64,000 bases of DNA from Vicugna vicugna (Eukaryota): the NCBI GenBank assembly GCA_013265495.1, contig MU058065.1:3761003-3825002 (forward strand). The letters are read 5' to 3'. Positions within the stretch are counted from its first letter, which is position 1, and the number at the start of each line of letters is the position of its first letter. The notes beneath the pieces were generated by a model. That model worked only from the letters and a program-made list of their open reading frames with translations, had not been told where the DNA came from and did no database searches. Both the position numbers and the translations under genes were made by a program. Shown here piece after piece: positions 40,310-55,205 of this stretch.

Positions 40310-40500
40310 GCTATTTACATACACTGTTTTATTGAATATCCATTTCAGCCTTGTAAGAAAGAGGTTGTGTATTACCATTTGATAGATGAGCAAACTGAGT
40401 TTCAAAGAGGTTACAAAGTTCACCCGCAGTCCGTTCAGCTTGTAAACAGCAGAGTCAGGATTAAGAGACTGGCTCCGTGCTGTTCCCATCACACTTCCCT
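40310..40500 (-). mobile_element. MIR SINE
   Basis: ccatttgatagatgagcaaactgagtttcaaagagg. Confidence 0.65.
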
Positions 40501-43500
40501 GCCTCTCCAGCAGGTTTAGAGGCTGTTTCGACTTGATTCCACAATTTCTTTTTAGTGCATCCTTTGTCCCAGGGACCATGCTAGACTTAAAAGAATATAC
40601 AAGGATGAATAAAGATATGTTCCCTGCTGGCTCCCAGGCCAGAAACATTTCCCCTCTCTGACACTCAAAGCAGCATGTAAGAAGAATAGTAACTATTAAA
40701 TTACTTTCTCGGGGCAATTCATCCTATGTAGCCCAGAGTTAAACATTTCTTATTTAACATTAGCAGATGGTGAATGAGGCAACAATGTCTGCACTAGAAA
40801 CAAAACAAAAGTAATAAAAAGAATTGGCACTTGAATAGAAAAGATGAACCACCATTCCTGCAGGTCCTTTGTCTCAATCACTCAGTAGAACGAAAAAAAA
40901 TCACTTCATAAATCAGTCGAAGCTGGTCTCATTCTGCCATTCACAAACATGGAATTACTTGCTTCGACTGATAAATGGATGTCTTTGCCAGAGCACTGTC
41001 ACTGAGGCTCATATAACTTACGGTGCAATTATTACTTATGTCCTAGAAAGGACTTGTTTATTTTAGCTTATATCATCTTTTCATTCTTGAAATGTGTTCT
41101 TTATGTATTTGCTTTTGAAAACTGGAGTAGATGCCAGTGTAGAAAGAAGCTTCTCTATTACTGTAACTGAAATATAGTTTTGAAAGTGAGTGATATGAAA
41201 CAATGCGTTAATTCTTTGCATTTTATCACCAGAAGCTGGAGCCAAAAGAAACTATCAACCGCATTTTATTAAAATTAAGGCTAGCCTGAAATTATGGTTG
41301 GACCTCAAGCGATGCTAAAACCAGAGTGTGTAGAGCATACAAGCCCTACATTTGTTGGTCCATAACAGATTGGTTCATTACATTTTGGGAGTTAGGGTCC
41401 AAAGAAGATAGACACAATTTATCTTCATGTAAAAATATACACACACAACACATATGTCCAAGTGCACACATACACAGAAAAGCTTGCTTGAAAAAACAAA
41501 TTCTATCTTAATCCTCGTTAAAAAGGTAAAAAAATGTGTCTCCAATTTTCGCTCTGTGTATCCTATAATCTCAGTCCCTTTGGGGACAAGAGCAGAATTG
41601 CAGCACTAGGATGTAACCTGGTAATTGGGCCCAACTCCAGGTCCTTTTTTAAGATTCCCAAGAGTTTTACTGAAGGTTGAAAATGAAACCAAATGGTTTC
41701 ATTTTCCATTAATTTTTACATTTTTAACTTGTGTGTTGTGACCCATTTTCTTCATCTTCCTAGATTATGGTAGGTCTACTTTTTAAAATGAAAGCAGAAC
41801 TGTGACTTTTCATTGGGTAATCATTCTACTTTGGGTACACAGCCTGGGATTGTCTGATGTACATCTCATTCGCAGAGTCAACCATAAATTGTCCATGTGA
41901 GCACCAAATATCTGTACCCCTCTGGCTTGTAGCCAAGCTGGCGGATTTGTGATCATTTGAAACTAGAAGAATTTTCTGATGCTTTTCCACGTGGTACATC
42001 GTACATGTTCTGACAGAAACCAATCTCCATGTTTCTTTCCGAGATAATAAAGGGACATGATTCTTTAGTAAAATCCAGGCTTCATCCCTGCCTCCTCCAT
42101 TTTAAAAGTATGTTATGGTTTGGAAAGTCATATTTATAGTTATTCCCCCCCTTCCCCACATTCATAACGACCACCCTTCCACCTGTTGCTCCATCTCCAG
42201 GCCCCACCTCGCCATCAGCCAAAACATACTTTCTTGACTTAGTTGTTCGTTTATCTGTTTTCTAAACTTAACCTTTTTAAGAAGATTTCTATCTGATCAT
42301 TTTGATGGATTTTAGGTAGCAACTCAAAGAGCAGAAGGGGAAGTTGCTGCTGCGTTTTGTCTGTGACCTTCACTAACCCATATCATGTGTACTCTTGTGT
42401 CCTCTGGCCTCCTTTCCTCTTATTTCCTTTCCATCCTTCTGATTTATGCCAAATGGAATATTATGGAAACAATTGAAAGAGAGAGGGCTTGACACAAATC
42501 AAGACAACTGTGTGACTTTTTGTTACACACTCTGTCCTCTGTCATGTTTGAACTATTTGTGTTGATTTCAATTGTAAAATCCAGCTAATTTAATGAAACC
42601 TCTTTTTTCTCCTTTTCCAAACTCTCATCTCCTGGCTGCTCTGAAGATGCTTCTCCTCAACCCTCTATTTCATCTTTCTCTCCAGCCTAGTTCCCCCTTC
42701 ACCCCTTCTCCCTCCCCTCTCACCTGTCTGATTCTGTGCCTTGTTCTAATTATTACCCTGTTGTGCATTATGAAAGCCTAGAATTGGCTGGTAAAAAAAG
42801 AAACTCCTGGGTGGGATGGGGACTGGAGAGGTGAAACTCAGTAGTAAAGATAACATGCTTTCAGTGCATGGGGCAGAAGGAACAAGGGGAAAGGTTGGGA
42901 ACATCCACACATTAATTTTGTCCCCATGACATCAAAATTGAGACATTTAATTTTCCTTTGTCCCTGCAGACTTCATTCCCTATTCCCAAACTTTCTATCT
43001 TATTTCAGATTCTAGCATTCAAAACTATAGCCTCCAATCTACTAAAAAGGAATTCGTTTACAGCATTTGAACAGAAACACTGCATACTTATATATACTGT
43101 ATATTTGTGCAAATCCTTTGCATTATTATGGGTCATGTAATGAGGCAAACTCACAATAGGAAGTGTATGTACCCATTCTGTGGACATAGCTTGGAAGGTA
43201 AGCTTTTTTGAAAGCAAGGATTTTCTTGACAGTCTATGTAGCATCTTCTAGTACATGATGGATGACCTATGAATATTACATAATGTAAATTATGATGAAC
43301 ATACTTTTTTTGGTAAACCTATTAAGGCCTTAATGAAATATTTTTTTGTAAACAGAAGGTTCAAAATCTTCTGAAAATGAGGCCAATGTCTCTCTTTTAG
43401 GATTTAAACATTTCTGAAACTATGCTTGGGGAAAATATAGTCACATAGAAAGAAATAAAAATAAGGCCTAAATATATGTTTTTAAACACCATATGGAAAA

Positions 43501-43504
43501 TTCA

Positions 43505-44212
43505 CAAATTTTATAAAATCTGAGACACCGTCAATTGAAAACTGTACCATTCCATCACGCACATGCAACAAAGATATGATGTTATCAGTGATGAATTTAT
43601 TTTATACATTTCAGAGATTTCTTTGAAAATTAGAAATGTCTTTTTAAAAATCATACCTCAGTCTTGTGTCCACATCAAAAGGGAAATAGAATAAAACTGG
43701 AAATAGAATAAAAGCAAACACATAAAGAACGCATTCCTAAAACGTGTTCTCATCCAGACTCTGGCTCTTGGAGTCGCTGTTGGCTCAGAGCTTCTGGGGT
43801 CGTGATTTTTCCACTCACCATCGTCTCCTGTATCATCTGGGGTTTTGATGCAACATTTCTTAACATGGTGCTTCCATATTGTCTCTGGGATTTGCTTTGA
43901 AACAGCCGATCCTTATATGAAAGTTCTGATGCCTGTGCTTTCTTGATTGTACCAGAAGGTGTCAACAGAATATTTCCAGATAATAACAAGGACTCCTATT
44001 CTTTCCTCAAGTGAACCTTAAATGGTTTGTTGACTGAAACCTTGAGAGGTTATGATTGTCCAGGTGAGTCACTAGGAGTAACAACTCAGCTCAAACGTGC
44101 ACAGATAATGATAACTTTGCAATCCCACCCAGCTGACAGCAATTGTGAGAGGCACTCATTTTATAGCTGTAAAATGTGAAAATCTGTTCATCTCAGAATT
44201 GATGGGAAATGA
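43505..44212 (-). mobile_element. Kanga-like Tc2/pogo DNA transposon with transposase C-terminal remnant
   Basis: Minus-strand translation PLKVSVNKPFKVHLRKE*ESLLLSGNILLTPSGTIKKA, then after a frameshift IPETIWKHHVKKCCI, resembles the DDE_1/pogo C-terminus; degenerate TIR catctcagaattgatgggaaat near 44190-44210. Confidence 0.7.
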
Positions 44213-45689
44213 CAGACATTTTATTAGATGCCAGACATCATGTTCGACTGATTATTCCACAAAAAGGAATTGCTTAACTAATCGCTCATTTTACCATTAG
44301 GTATCATTAAACATGGTCTTATTCTAAAATTCATTGACCGTGATATTTTTGGTCATCTTACGTTTTTTTTTGATTCCAGATCTTAGGGAAATTATGGGAC
44401 ACTGAAACATTCTATGGTAAGATTTCAGGCCCGTTCTGTAATTAAGAGGTGGTTCAAGCACCCAATAATAGACAGGGCTCAGGTGCCTTCCCTAGAAGCT
44501 AATTCTTCACCTTGGGGTACAGGCAACTTGCAGCAGGAACAATGACACGGATTTTGAAGTTTAACAGTCTTGGTTTCAAATTTGGCTCTGTAAGCAGTGA
44601 TTGGAAAACCTTGAGAGAGTATCTTCATTTATCTTCCTTTTCTAATAAAGAGGTATATTAATATTTATTTACAGGATTATTTTAAAGATTAGAATTTTTG
44701 AAACCCGGTGGGCGTCCAACAAAGGATTCACTGTTATTATAGATCGTCTACCTTATCTGGGTAATCCAGATGATGATTTCAACTGTCACTTGGGTGTATT
44801 TAGTTCAGTATCTTTGTTGAATTTTTTCCCCAAGGGACATTTAACTTGTGATTTTATGAAGACTAAAACTCAGTTACACAGACTAGAGTAAGACACGTAA
44901 AGTTCTGAAAATGACTTATACCCAAATATATACATATGAGTGAACTTCAGATGGTGTCATGGGTCAATTATGACGTCGTTTTGGTGCACCAACTCCCAGT
45001 TTCTTTTCATCAGACTGGGCTGATTGAACTCTTAGCCAAGAATGACAACAGCTGCATTTCACATCTGGTCCTGCTGTGAATCCTCTTCCCTCAGTGTCTG
45101 ACTCAGTAGCATCTTCTGTTCCACTGTACTGATTCTGCATGGATCCCTGTCAGTCTCTTTGATGCAATGGCTGTTTTTTTTTTTTTTTTTTTTTTTAATG
45201 TTGGTCATGTACCAATGGCTGAGGGTTTTCATTTTCTGGTGGGCAAAGCATGGTCCTTGAACTTGTCAAGATTTATCAGCTATGTTTCTGTTGTGTTAAT
45301 GCTCCTAGTCCTATCCATTATTGCATAGTTTCTTTTATGCGTGTATGGTCTACCAACCTCTCCATTAAAATGGATGCTGCAAAACTGCCTTCTGTTACTA
45401 AGTGATAGGGGTTTTAATAAGACGATCCCCTTCCATTGCTTTTTGCTCAGAATCTATTCTTCCATGTTTGCTTCCTTCTTCCCATTCTTAAGACCCCACT
45501 GGCTGCTGCAGCTAGGGTCAAACCCAGCTCGTCTGCTTGAGTTTTCCCTTAAAATTCACTTACATTTGGATTACATTTATATAGAGGTTCTCTTTGAAGA
45601 ATGTCACATTGCGGAAATAGTTGTCTCCACATATCCTAGGGGACAGGAGAGTGCCTATTAACTATTAATTCAATTACCTCTAATCATGA

Positions 45690-45915
45690 AGCTGGATTGT
45701 ATAGTGAATGGAGGATGGGGACTGGACTTAGGTAACGTGGTTTGAAATTTTACTCGGCCACTTGCTAAGGGTGTGCCCTTGGATAATATCGCTGAGCCTC
45801 AGTCTTCTCATTTATAAAATGGAGATAATCTTACCTTGCCAGGATAATGTGGATATTAAATCAGATGGTATTTGTAAAGTGCTCGACACAGGCAAAGCCC
45901 TCCGTAAATAATTGT
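45690..45915 (+). mobile_element. MIR SINE
   Basis: ctgagcctcagtcttctcatttataaaatggagataat core. Confidence 0.8.
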
Positions 45916-48900
45916 AATTGTGAAGTGTGCCGTCATCTTGCATTTGATGAACAACTTGGCATTGAGACTTCCCCTTGGGAAGTTATTTCACTTCCCTTGG
46001 ACTGATGAGCTTTCTGGATTTTTCCCTTGACTGGTGGGCAAGGAAGGATTGCTTTTAATACTGTGACTGATGCAGCCACAGGACACATATTTTTTTAAAA
46101 CATAATACCCTACTAAATCTTAACAACTCGCTTCTCTCGTGTTTGAAATTCTTTGCATTTAGTGAGATGGGGCAACTTCTGAAATAGTGTTTAGAATCTT
46201 TTATCTAAGTTCCAGGAAGGCCAGCATTTTACCATACAGACTAGACCACAAGCATCAGGTTCCCTCCCATTGTAGAGCTAGAGGTTCTGATTAAAGGAGA
46301 CTTCATTTTCATCTCCGCTGTTTAAAGCACAGCATGCTGCCAACATGAGGCTCCTTTATCACCCACTTGTGCTTGAGATCTCCACCATGGAGAGAGTGTT
46401 CATTCATGGAACTGTTAAACAGATGACCAGAAATGGGTGAATATATGTACATTTTCTCCTACTTTCTGCTAATAAAGATGGGAGAAAAGCATCAGGAAAA
46501 AAAATCTGCCTTTGAAGACTGAATATTACATCAGATATGTGAAAATGTTGGTACTTTATTCAGGGATTCATATTATATTCCAGGTCTTGCCAAGCATTAT
46601 TCAAGCAGTTGTTTATTCTGTTAAGAATCATAACGTGAACCCTCTCCATCGCAACACGTCAAGACTATGGCAAAAACATAGAGTGTGTAGTACCAGGAGC
46701 TTTACTGTTTAGAATGAATTTTGCTGATACATAATCACTGGTATAAATGTTGGCACTTCCTTAACTAAAGTTGTGATAACGAGTCTTGCTAAAGTGACAA
46801 CAAATGAGATTAATGATCTTTTCCAGGTTTTTTATCTGGCAGTGACGGCGAAATTGAAATTCCTTTTTGCTTTGCCTCAAACAGGGTTATTTTTCCCCCC
46901 AGTCTAAATAAAGTCATCCAGAATTTACTTGCTCGGTCTTCTTTAGAATATTGCAAAGGTCTCAGAAGCACCACAGTGTGCATTCATGTTGAGAAGAACC
47001 GTGCAAGTGTACAGTGATTTTAACAAAAGGACTTGAAAATTCTATGAAAAAAAGGGCATAGATTTTGTCTTGTAAAACGAGCACTGTTTAATGTAAATAA
47101 TAAATTGGTTTAAAAAATGAGTCCCTTTCTGTAATTATGGTGTATATTATAGGCAGAATAATTCAGAGTTTTAATGTCAAAACTAAGTTATTTTAAAAAT
47201 GTATCTTGACTGACAAGTCTTTTTCTTTTTGTAGCAACATAGAGGACAGAGATGATGAAATGACACCGTACAGCTCATGTCATAGCTTAATTAAACAATA
47301 GCACTTTGTATATTATACTGTTGCTCTGTTGCAGTAATTCATGTATTACTGAAGCTAATTCAGGTATTAGATATTAGCCTTCAGCTAAGCAGTAGAATTT
47401 GTCTACCAGATGTTTTATTTAACCAGTGTTTCAATGAAACAACAGAGAGATCATACTGAAGGATTTTCCTCCTGTGCTAAGAAATGATACAGTCCCTCGG
47501 TTTCTTACAAGAACATACCACGAGATTACATACTTTCATTACTATATTCAAGAATATTGTTGAGTAAATATTTGCACTCATATGTTGCCGTTTTAGGATT
47601 TCCTGAGGTGTACGTGGTCTCACAAGGTAAATAATTAAATGATCTGCCTTCCTGGGTAGCACAAAGCAGTGCTTGATACAGGTTTGATTATTTCACTTGT
47701 CTCTTTGATAATCCATAACTGTCTGCTGTAATTATTTTCATCATCCAGCCAAGCAAAGATAAAAGATGGAACATGCTTCTTTTGCCTTCTCCCAGGGAAA
47801 CTCCATTATCCTTGAAAGGCCACGTGACTGCAGAATGCCCAACCCGGGTGGGAAGAAGCAATCCACAAGGACGAGTTTAGTGTGAGCCGAAAATGAAGTT
47901 GTTACCAGACAGCAAACTGCAGTCCTCACTTCTTATGAATATTTGAATGAGTAACTAAAAACAGCTCAGTAAACTCTAAGCAACTGTGACAGCTGAAACT
48001 GCCTTGAATCCAGGAGTCCTCCAGGCCACCAGTTACCTTCTGCCTCATCCTGCTGTGTGGGTCTACAGAGGGACACAATCAGAGCTATTTTACTCAAATA
48101 GAAGTTTTAAAAAACCTGATTCATCTTTGTACTTTTAGAATCCAAACAGTTCCAAAAATCTCTCGAGTTATTTTGAATTCATTAAAATGCAATGATTTTT
48201 AACCGTCTTTTCAAGGCAGGAGAATGGCCGCGTGTTTTGTTTTTGCAGACTCTGAAATATTGATGTTGCTGTTGTTTTGACTCATAGAAAACTGGCCTTC
48301 CTCAATCTTTCATGAATATTTTTTAGCTTCTTCCATGTGGGAAGAAAGACAATGAGGACCGAGTCCCTAAAGCCAGATTTCTCTGAATAATTTCTTCCAA
48401 AAGCTCTAATAAAAAAAGAGTAATCAGGTACATGGCCTGACTTATCTATGTCCACATAGGTTATTTTGCCTTTAAAAAAAAATCAGGTACATAGCTGTTC
48501 TTGTTGAGATAGGAAATTCAGTACAGATTTGTCACATGGAAGAATTCTAGAAAATGTCTGTAGAGGATACATTTCAAAAAGAAAACTATAACTCTATTCA
48601 TTTTTATCTGATGTCCTTGGATAGGTAGACTGAAGATGACCACTTCAACGACCATCTCCAAAGTACTGAGAAATAAAGCAGTACACAATTTTTAAGTTGG
48701 TGCCTTTAATTGGAAGCAGAGAGTGCTTATTTAGTTCCTCTAAGTGTGTTTGATAAATTCTACTTAAATCCACTCAGCTTTGTGAATTTTGATAAATAGG
48801 ACAAATAAAATGGAACCCTCTCACAGTCAGCATGTATGTATATCTGATGTAGGGAACGCTGCATTTCACATCCAGTAGCCAACTGAAGGTAAAACCAGAC

Positions 48901-50159
48901 TGAAGGGGGACCTCAGTGAGGCTGCCATTCGTTCAGTGGTTGTTTATAAAACCCTCCGTGAAACATGAGGTGTCGGCCAGCAAGCCTCTTCAGTTTCAGA
49001 AGACAGTGGTCGTCACCTTAATTGCTGAAGCCTTTGAGGGTGTTTTCAACGACAGTGGGGACCACGGTGACTGTGGAGGGGGCCAGTGCTGGGACCTCTC
49101 TCCTCACTGCCGGAAATGAGAGCCCTAGTTCCATCTCGATGATGAAATGATAATGCCAGCTCCTTGGAATGTCTGGACCACAGCAGCCAGGCCGTTTGCT
49201 GTCTCCTTTCTTTTTCAGCCATGTGTGGATTTAAGATTGGTATTTGATCTTGCCAGATTTTCAATTTTGCAGTAAACATGTCAAGAAGCACGCAAAGTGT
49301 CCCTCTGGTTTGTGCTCATACAACAGAGAGGAGAGCCTTTAGAAAGGAGGGCTGTTAGTCACATCCACGCTAGAAACCCCGTCCCTGGAGGTGAACAGGA
49401 ACGTAGTTCCTTGAAGAAGTGGGAGGAGACAGAGACCCATTGTAATGTCCGGAGTTCGTCAGATCTGACGCCAGTTGCAAAACGCAGTGGGGCCGCGGGA
49501 AGAATGTGGACTCGGACGTCAGAGGCACTGCTGGTTGCGCGGCCTTCAGAAGCTCACATGGGCTCTGGGCGGTGCTCCCAGCTGGGCGGTGGAGTGAGAC
49601 TGGGTTGACAATTACAAAGGCAGTTCTGGGACAGATGAGCATCGCTTTTAGAGTCAGAAGATCTGGGTTTGCTTTCCTGAGGCACTGCTTACCAGCTGTA
49701 TGAACTTCCTGAACAATGTAGGTCCCCATTCAGGAGACGCAGACAGTTCCCCTCTGGCAGGGGAAGAACAAAAGAGCTGATGATCGCGGAGGGTTACACA
49801 TGCAGGCGCTCTGATAGATGTCCGTCCTCTCCCTCTCTTTACTTTAAAGTCTTTCACAATTTTAAATTCTGCCAAGTATTCATGGACTGAGACCAAGTTT
49901 TTCCTGCAGTGTATTTGAATAGAAGCAGGATTAGTTTGTAACTGCAGGGATGGATGTTACACACGGCATATGTGAAAGATTGAAAATTTAGTGTTAGAGA
50001 TGCCTGGAAAATATCAAGAGGAGTAGATGGGGAAAAAAACAGGGTCAGTTGGTATCACCAATATGGTACCTTTGGTAATTTCCAACCTTACGTTTTACTG
50101 TGTGTGGTGTAACTTTTATATCAATTAGAATATTTTAATTTCAAAGGTGACAACCGGGT

Positions 50160-50950
50160 CGGAGTCTGCAAATGAACATCATCTCCAAAGAGTTGTACAA
50201 TTAGGCAATGAATATTCATTGACATGTACTCATTTCTTTGTGCATTGTATTGGTTTTCAAGATAAATAAAACAAATACAACCCTATAATCAAGTGATCTT
50301 GGAAGTGACCTCAGAAGACAAGAGAATATTCCACCAGGAGTGCAATTAGCATCTAGTAGAAGTAGATTCTTAAAAGTTTTACTTGGATGCATGGAAAAAA
50401 CCTCCCCCTGAAAATCTACCTCTGTTTTCAGTCCTGTTAAAATGATTCTTGAATAATACCCAGAAATTCCACTTTTAGATGTCAGACCTGAAGAAATATC
50501 ATCATAATAAAAGTAGTGAGGTTCTTATGTTTAAGGTAGCACTTTATTCAAGAATAACTAATTGGAAGTAACCTGTTTTTCTTTCCATAGGAGAATAAAT
50601 AACAGTATATACATACCATGAAATGTAAAATTGCCATTAAAAAGAACAAAGCAGTCTGCTGCTATGGAAGTTGTCTACGATTTATTGTTAGGTGAAAAAA
50701 AGCAAATCACTGAAAAATATGCTCAGTATGTCCCCATTTTGAGACCAAAAATATTTTTTCATGTACATATATGTGTACACATGTATCATACAAATGTGTG
50801 CATTAAGCTAGCAGACAAGTATCTGAAATGGTACATGCATAGCTATTTGTAGAGACTGCTCCTGGAGTTAACATTATTTTTTAACATAATTCTGTTTTGA
50901 TGTAACTTGTTACCTTAAATATAATATGTCTGCAATTAAAAAATAAAATT
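50160..50950 (+). mobile_element. Highly decayed L1ME-type fragments
   Basis: ccagaaattccacttttagat, gtagcactttattcaagaataac...ttggaagtaacct, ends caattaaaaaataaaa. Confidence 0.45.
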
Positions 50951-53402
50951 GAAATGTGAGTGTAGGTCTTTAAATGGCTTGGAAAATTGACACATCCTCT
51001 CTGGTCTTTTATTTTTTTCTCCCAGCAATTGCACACTGATATGCTTTAAAAACCTAAGGTCCACATGTATAATGAATTAGTTCTTCGTGTTGTTTCTTTA
51101 TGTTTCCGCCCTAAATCGAATTCTGACTCTCCCACTAGCTATCTGTGTGTCTCAGAAAAGCTGTTTCACCCTCTACATCCTCATCTATAAAATAAAAGGG
51201 TTAGAAAAAATGAAAGGGCTGGGCAGAGAAATTTCCTTCCAGCTCTGAGATACTCTGCTTCTGTTGAAATTAAATACATGTCATGATATTGTGCAGTGTA
51301 AGACTTTTTCCCCACATGCTTTATCTTTTATAGTAAACAGCCTTTTACTTTGTTGAAGAAATGACAACAATGATTACATAATATTTTAATTTGTCCTGAT
51401 TTTTTTCTTCTGAATATCCTGAATGTCAATCTGTGAATCAGGAAGATCTTCAGAACTTCCCAGCCCCTTGCATAAGGAAGGTTCAGAGGCTTACCTTCCA
51501 TTTAGGAAATGATGGCCGTGTGCGTCCCCATGTTTGAAGTGACAAGTACTGAGGGTACACTCTGCTCTTCCTCAGTCTCCTAGGCTCCCATTTGAACTTT
51601 GCCATCCTTTTCATACCCCACAGAGGGACAAGGGATGTCAGCAAATTTTGTGTAATATGGTGTCATGACCCTGTTCATTTCATTGTTCAACTGGTTCATA
51701 GCATATATTCGCAGCAAGCTGGTCTTTCAAGAGAATGCATTCCAAATAAAGGCCACCATGATTTGTTTGACACTAGTGAAGTTATTTTGCTTTCTCTGCC
51801 CAGAGTAAGATCATGAATTATTCTTCTTCCCGGAAGAGTCAAGCAACCACTATGGATTATTCACTGTGTGCAGGAGAGTGAGAGGCACGGTTATTGTGCC
51901 TGCCCTTGAAAGTATAAATTTGTATTAAAGCAGACAAAATGAAAACAAAATAAATCTACAAAAGTAGAACATAATATGCTTCTTTAAAAAAAGCAGCAAA
52001 GGTAAATGTTCTGAATGGAGAGATATAGAACTAAATTCTAAGGAAGTGCTGAAGTGGCTTCTTGAGGGCTTCAGAGAAGCACTTTAGCTGGAAAGATATA
52101 AGGGAGAAAAGTCTGAGATTTTTTTGTATGTAACTATTATAAAGAAATTCTTACGATAAATGTTTGTAAAGGTATCTTAGGTCATATTGCATTGATTTGT
52201 ACTTAGTAAGCTAGAATAAGGTTATCATTTATATATTTCCAGTGGATTAATATTAGAGAGCAGCTCAAACAGCTAGACATCGAAGAGGTGTTCCCAACGG
52301 TAGTTGTCCCCCAGGTAGGATCTGCACAGGAGCATCTATTGGAGTAAAGAAGGAAAATACAAGATCTTTAAAACTGCATTTTTATTTTATCCTTTAAAGT
52401 TTTCTACTTTTATATTTATTTTGTAATGCTCATGACACATTAAGCATTGCAAGTAAATAACTTATAAATAAATAATGTTCACGGTTTGGGCTGCATACTT
52501 AGACATTTTAATGGTTGAAATATGTATTTGTTAAATTCTACTTTAACTTAGTTATTTGGTGCATTTTGGTGAATAGTTTAAATGACCTTTACAGAAATAG
52601 ATTAGCTGAAGAAACTAGAAATGAATGCTTTTGAGAAAAAAAAAAACCTCCTAATTTAGTTTATATTATAAATTGTAATCTTTTGATAAGAAATCTTACT
52701 AAAAGCAAATCTAGTGTTTCTCCTGAATTTCTTGCATATCAGTAAAATTCTTCAGCCTGAAAAATTTGGTAGAAAGATCAGTGGTTAATAGATGGTATTC
52801 CTTTCCAATGCTTCTCGCTTTTGAGCTAAGCCACTGGGATATCCACGTGGGTAGAGTTCTGAATGTAAGAGGTTTCACTTTTATTTTTATGGTTTAAATG
52901 TGGTGCTTTTGGAGCTTCTGTAATTTATTGGCAGTAAAATAACTGTGATGGGACAAGCAACTCAAAGCTTTCTCGATATTGTACTGTTAAAAATGATGTC
53001 AAATCCACTCTGTGTTCGCAGCGTCCCTTCCCAATGCCATGTAGGCTATGGTTACTATGTTTAATTTATTCTCTGTCAGACCCCCGCCCACATCCTGCAG
53101 GAGGTAGGTTATTCTTATTGAATTTCCACCTAATTATGTGAAGCTCCTTGGGCACTAATATGGCATTTGGTTTTGATCAAGGGATTCTCTATTCATTGTG
53201 TATATGAAGGAAGGGGTGAAGATTTCTATCTTCTTTCAAGAATATGCATTAATAAGAAAGGGTAAGTGGCTATTTGGAAAACTGTTTCAGTTTTAAAGAG
53301 GTGTATCCTTTTGATTTACAAGATGAATTTTTCTCCATGAATTAAAAAATGAGAATGGCCTTTTATCATAAAAACAGCGTGGTGCAGGATATACTTAATA
53401 AC

Positions 53403-53797
53403 TGCATTAGTCAGGATTCTGATTAGAGAGGGAGGGAGAGGGAGAGGGAGATTTTAATTGGCTCACATAATTGTGGAGGCTGTCAAATCCAAAGTCATCA
53501 GGGAAAGCTGGCAAGCTGAAGGCCCAGGAAAAAGGTGATCTGGGGTTGAGTCTGAAGGCAGTCTGCTGATGGAATTTCCTTTTCTTCCTTGGAGGTCAGT
53601 CTATTTTCTAGGCCTTCAACTGATTGGATAGGGCCCACCCATAACATGGAGGGTAATTTGCTTTGCTCAAAGTCTCCTGATTTAAGTGTTCATCTCATCC
53701 AAAGAATATACCTTCACAGAAACACCTAGAATAATGCTTTTCCAAATAGCTGGGTACCATAGATTAGCCAAGTTGACGTATAAAATTAACCATCACA
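53403..53797 (-). mobile_element. MLT2-family ERVL solo LTR
   Basis: tgcattagtcaggattct ... aattggctcacataattgtggaggctg ... agccaagttgacgtataaaattaaccatcaca. Confidence 0.85.
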
Positions 53798-55205
53798 GTA
53801 TGCTAGCAAAGACTTGGACTACTTGATGAATTACTCCTCCACTGTACATATTTTACAAAATACATCCTTGCATACCTCCCTGTGTTAGAAATAATTATAG
53901 TTCAGTAATGTCACTTTCAACAAAAGTATTGTGGTTGTTTCCTTTCCGGAGAAGTCAGAAATAAGCTTTGATTACTGAAGGCGTGAACACACTAAAATAC
54001 AGTTGTTAACTAGGTTCCATCTAAAGAGCAGAAAGAGGGAGTGTCTGGTATGGATTAGTATGTTGGATGCCCACTCGTGTGTGGAGTCAAGAAAAGAACA
54101 GCAGGTGACAGGAGGCAATGCACAACTACCCTTAAGTCACTCCCTGGTGAACAAAGTAACCATTTTCACTTTTACCAGATCCATAGCTTTACAAAGCAAT
54201 TCACTTTTATAAATATTAGTTCTTTTTAAATTGGAAAACACTCGACCACTGTGAGAAATTAATATTATTAAAAGTCAGAGCTAGCACTTACTTCCAATAT
54301 ATCTTCAAGAGTTCAACTCCAAAATTGAATCTTCCAAAGAGCTCACATTTCCTTTCTGTGAATTGGATATGCCTACAGATTAGAATTAGAGAAAGAGTAT
54401 TTCTTCTGTTTTCTTTAATATTACTAGAATGTCATGTCCATTACCCTCAAGTTCACATTGCTGATGCACTTTGAAGTGCCAGATTCCAGTGCATTCTTTC
54501 TCCAGTAATAAGACAATCTCCCACCCCCTTTAGGGTTGCCTCCCTTGGTATATATTGGAGTACAGAGCCCTTGGTCTCCTGTCCTTCCTGAGTCATCTCC
54601 TAGTAGTGGCTCATCCACACCTCATGCTCTATCTCATAGCTCCCAGCTCTGCAGAGGACAGTGCTCAGTTCCATCCTTTCATAGCCTAGAACTCCTGGCA
54701 CTGTGTCTTCTGGAGGAATGCTTCCTTCTTGGGTCTAGGAGAAGTAGGGAATATGGGGCATAAGCCACTTCCCTTTACTGCCTTATTGTTTGACCCCACA
54801 CTACACTATGCACAGATGGTTCTAGGGATCTCTCATATGTTGTTCAGTGGGGAGAAATCAAAAGAAATAAAAGCGCAGGCAGGAAAAATATATGAGGGAA
54901 ACTGAGGCCCTTCCAAACCAAAGCCAGCCTGTGGGTCCACCATGGTTCTTAGCGTTCCTGTTTCCCTCTGTGATCAGAGTTGTTTTCCTCTGGAAGAAAG
55001 CCTCCCTTAACTTCGTCCATCTCTTGGAAATGCTTTGACTAACAAAGGATTTGTGTCACTCTAGGATTTCCTCTCTTATCAGTCTATTTCCTCAAGTTAG
55101 AAATAATGAGTTTAAAATAGTGTCCAAGAGGCCCTCAGGGGATTAGATTCATGATCTTTGATATTCTGAGTTTCACTCTACAGTACACGTGGGTGTGGAC
55201 ATTTA

